A DNA stretch of 64,000 nucleotides from Mobula hypostoma (taxonomy: Eukaryota). The notes under the pieces are model-generated. The model was not told the DNA's origin. It saw nothing but the letters and a program-made list of their open reading frames with translations, and searched no databases. Positions within the stretch are counted from its first letter, which is position 1; every line of letters begins with the position of its first letter. Positions 60,490-64,000 of this stretch are shown piece by piece. A program made the translations under genes and the position numbers. The stretch is from NCBI RefSeq assembly GCF_963921235.1, contig NC_086120.1, forward strand, positions 8,680,001-8,744,000, written 5' to 3'.

Positions 60490-61420
60490 ATCATGTTGTA
60501 TTGTCTTCGCACCATTTCCTCTCTGTTCTTTGTTTCCTCTCTGTACACAAACTCATTATTACCCGAGATACAGCCTACAATTGTGGTGTCATCAGCAAAC
60601 TTATATATTGAGTTCGATGGAAACTTGGCTCCATAATCATGGGTGTACAGTGAGTACAGCAGGGGGCTGAGTACTCAGCCTTGTGGGGCACCAGTGCTCA
60701 GAGTGATTGTAGAGGAGAGCTTGTCCCCTATTTTTACAGCCTGGGTCCTGTCTGTGAGGAAGTTGAAGATCCAGCTGCAGATCTGAGTGCTAAGGCCCAG
60801 GTTCCAGAGCTTAGGAATCAGTTTATTTGGAATGATGGTTTTAAAAGCAGAGCTGTAGTCAATGAAAAGGAGACTTACAGATGCGTCTTTATTCTCCAGG
60901 TGTTCTAAGGAGAAATGTAGGACCAGAGAGATGACATCTGCTGTTGACCTGTTGCTCCAGTAGGCAAATTACAAAGTATCGAGGTTGACTGGTAGGCTGT
61001 GGTTGATGTGTGCCATAACCAATCGCTCGAAGCACTTCATAGCAATTGATGTCAGAGCCACATTTATCCTCCACCTCACTCTATTCCTATACTCACTGTC
61101 GCATGGCACAGGCAGTAATCTAGAGATTACTACCATTGAGGTCCTGCTTCTCAACTTCCTTCCTAGCTCCCTATAGTCTGTTTTCAGGATCCTTCCTTTT
61201 CCTACCTATGTCATTGGTACCAATATGTACCACGACCTCTGGTTGTTCTCCTTCCCACTTCAAGATATCGTGGATGTCATCAGAAACAGCCTAGACCCTG
61301 GCACCTGGGAAGCAAACTACCATCTGTGTTTCTTTCCTGCATCCACAGAATCATTGTCTGACCCACTAACTATAGAGTCCCAGATCACTGCTGCCACCCT
61401 TTTCTTTTCTCTACCCTTCT
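60490..61420 (-). mobile_element. Rex1 RT relic followed by a CR1 ORF1 relic
   Basis: VALTSIAMKCFERLVMAHIN (Rex1); MRSRTS.VVIS.LLPVPCDSEYRNRVRW (CR1 ORF1). Confidence 0.65.
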
Positions 61421-61825
61421 GATCATGTCCAAGCAGAAGAGGTTTAGTTTAATTTGGCATCATGTTCAGCATGTGTTTTTGTGACGAAGGACCTGTTTTG
61501 GTGCGGTGTTCTCATATTTCAGAGAGATCTAGGTTTATCAGATAGCCATTCAACAGCAGGAGTAAACCAGCAGCAACACATCTCAGTTGACTGATCCCTT
61601 AACGACATGGTTACCAGGCAAGACGTGAGAAACGCACATGGGAAAAAAATCTTATCTCTCCTCAGTTTAGTCAATTCACAAATACATTTCTTTGCTAGAG
61701 TAAATGGGAGGAGTATCCTTCCTACAATCATGTTGACAAAATTCAAAAATAAATTCAAAGATTGCCTCTTTTGGATTCTGTGGTAGAACCAACATACTAG
61801 ATAGGATAGTTTCAAAATAGATTTA

Positions 61826-62122
61826 TAGGCATCCGTTAGTCTCATGAGACCATGGATTTGCGCCTTGGAAAGTTTCCAGCTTGCAGGCCTGGGCAAGGTT
61901 GTATGGAAGACCAGATGTTGCCCATGCTGCAAGTCTCCCTGCTCCATGCCACCGATGTTGTTCAAGGGAAGGGCATTAGGACCCATACAGCTTGGCACTG
62001 GTGTCGTTGCAGAGCTATGTGTGGTTAAGTGCCTTGCTCAAGGACACTCACGCTGCCTCAGCCAAGGCTCAAACTAGCGGCCTTCAAATCACTAGATGAA
62101 CGTTTTAACCACTTGGCCATGT
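61826..62122 (-). mobile_element. tRNA-derived SINE with V-type central domain and RTE-like 3' end
   Basis: Minus strand: TGGCCAAGTGG (A box) ... AGTTTGAGCC (B-box variant) ... GTGTCCTTGAGCAAGGCACTTAACC ... CCATGGTCTCATGAGACTAACGGATGCC. Confidence 0.7.
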
Positions 62123-62339
62123 GCCAACAGATTTAGCATCTCAAAAATAGCACATGATTCATTGGGTATCATCATCAGAAAAACTTTACACTTCCACCAC
62201 AATTCATAACCTCGTTACACAGCATATCCTCACTGCAACATTACAATCAATCCAAGCTGCTGACCCTGATTCAATATTAAAAACAGAAGTGTACATGAGC
62301 AAGAGGAAATTAAAGGACCAATTTAAAAGAAATTTTTTC

Positions 62340-63390
62340 AACTAGGGACCAGGAAGATGACTTGAATGAATTTTTTGACATAACTAAAAGAATTGACAGT
62401 CATAATTCCGATTTCTCCCGGAAGGCCGGTTCTCAGAACTATCCATCCTCAGTTTCTCAATCCGATAACCAATGCAAATCCTTGCAGTCATCTCTGGAAG
62501 AAGCTATGCAACCTGGAAGAACCCTGGTCTCTCCAGCAGAGTGAGAGGGACGTATGAGGTAGAGGTGTTGCTTACTCTGTGGTAATGCCGGTGATTTTTG
62601 AGTGACTTGTTCCAAGTTGTCAAGAAAACATCTAGGACTGTCCAGTGAGCAGGAGATCTGTGATGATCTCAAGTTTCTCTCTCATTTCGGCAAGTTCTGG
62701 AGTTGTTTTACCATCCTTAAATATCTTGGGGAAACATCACATTCTGTGTGAGCCTTGGTTGCCTCTGGTTTGGCAGGAATTTTTTTGGAGATAGGGTTGG
62801 TATAAAAAATCCCGATCCTCAGGGACGGCTTGACTAGCCGATATCTACTACGGCCGTGGGTAGTTGCTTTAGAAGCTGGACAAATCCTATATCTTCCATC
62901 ACTCTCCAGTTGACTATTGGAAATCACGAAAAGATGATTAATTTCCATCTTATTCATTTTCCAGACATTTCCCTAATCCTTGGTTATCTGTGGTTGCACC
63001 TTCATAATACTTAGAGTCACTGGGTTTCTCCACCATTCAGGGTTGGTTGAGCTTAAGCCAGGACAAGTGCCTTCCTGGAGGTACCGAGGTTCTGATACAC
63101 CTTCCCGAGTTTTCAAGATGCCTGCCCGAGTTAACAAGCGACCTCCCGTGAGATGAGCCAAGTCATCAGTTGAGTTGCTCCCTGCCTCCTCAAGACTGGC
63201 AACGCAGTTTTCTGCAGTGCCTTCAGAGTATTCAGATTTGTTGCAGGTGTTCAACAAGAAGAGAGCAACTAGGATTCACCACAAAGCGACTCTGATTGCA
63301 CCGTCAATTTACAATCTGGTCTGTGTCCTTCCCTGAGAGGCTCTATGCCTTGTCCACTCCTGAGACGCAAGCTGAGGAGGAATATTCTGG
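62340..63390 (+). mobile_element. Sushi-type Ty3/Gypsy relic C (gag C-terminus, zinc knuckle, protease, RT start)
   Basis: NEFFDITKRIDSH..EEAMQPGRTLVSPAE..CLLCGNAG; later VPSEYSDLLQVFNKKRA..DCTVNL. Confidence 0.75.
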
Positions 63391-63653
63391 TAGTTATGGA
63401 GTTACTACCTTGTGGTTGGTGGCACTGTCTTCCCTCTCTATGTCTGAGAGATAACTATTTGAAGGATGATTTCAACTCGTAACTTTTCATGGAAGTGATG
63501 GAAAAAGTTGAGTTTTGTTGTATCTGAACCTTGATGTAATTGAAGTATAAAAGATATTGGTTGAAGAAAGGATTAAAAAGATATGGACATGATTTTTTAA
63601 GTTATGGTGCTGTCTTACCATTCAACTTCTGTAAAGCATGTTCTTGTAAGATG

Positions 63654-64000
63654 TCAGAATCAGAATCAGCTTTATTATCACCGGCATGTGTTGTGAAATT
63701 TGTTAACTTAGCAACAGCAGTTCAATGCAATACATAATATAGAAGAAAAAGAAATAAAATAATAATAATAATACCAATAATCATAAATAAATTAGTAAAT
63801 CAATTACAGTATACATATATTGAATAGATTAAAAATCATGCAAAACAGAAATAATATATATTAAAAAAGTGAGGTAGTGTTCACAGGTTCAATGTCCATT
63901 TCAGAATCGGATGGCAGAGGGGAAGAAGCTGTTCCTGAGTCGCTGAGTGTACGCCTTCAGACTTCTGAACCTCCTACCTGATGGGATCAGTGAGAAAAGG
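63654..64000 (-). mobile_element. Rex1-type LINE 3' end
   Basis: (TCAGAA)n tail plus ATGGCAGAGGGGAAGAAGCTGTTCCTGA..TTCAG.CTTCTG.ACCTCCT, shared with 21.7 kb. Confidence 0.7.

Overview
Repeat-dense vertebrate DNA. The repeat families and the clustered immunoglobulin layout point to a cartilaginous fish, probably a ray (inference). The only host locus I can support is one unrearranged immunoglobulin light-chain cluster on the + strand that matches the sigma isotype: leader 30902-30935, V 31038-31355 with a 12-bp-spacer RSS, J 31743-31779 with a 23-bp-spacer RSS, and C 40875-41197. Several signs suggest this cluster is atypical or decaying: a probable compensated double frameshift in V FR3, a variant promoter octamer, a degenerate J nonamer, and an 8.0-kb Gmr1-like LTR retrotransposon (PR-IN-RT-RH order, tRNA-Pro PBS, nested hAT and CR1 insertions) that expands the J-C intron from about 1.06 to 9.1 kb. 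The window also holds a decayed intronless USP35 retrocopy (about 2.8-4.7 kb, with a second fragment near 60.3 kb marking an old segmental duplication). Penelope-like elements are present, one with an apparently intact minimal hammerhead ribozyme (44736-44771). There are also three Sushi-type Gypsy relics, a solo LTR, two hAT/Charlie elements, an R4/Dong-like element, L1, Tx1, a V-SINE and many CR1 and Rex1 fragments. All assignments are by eye and from recalled family motifs; no database search was run, and boundaries of old repeats are approximate.
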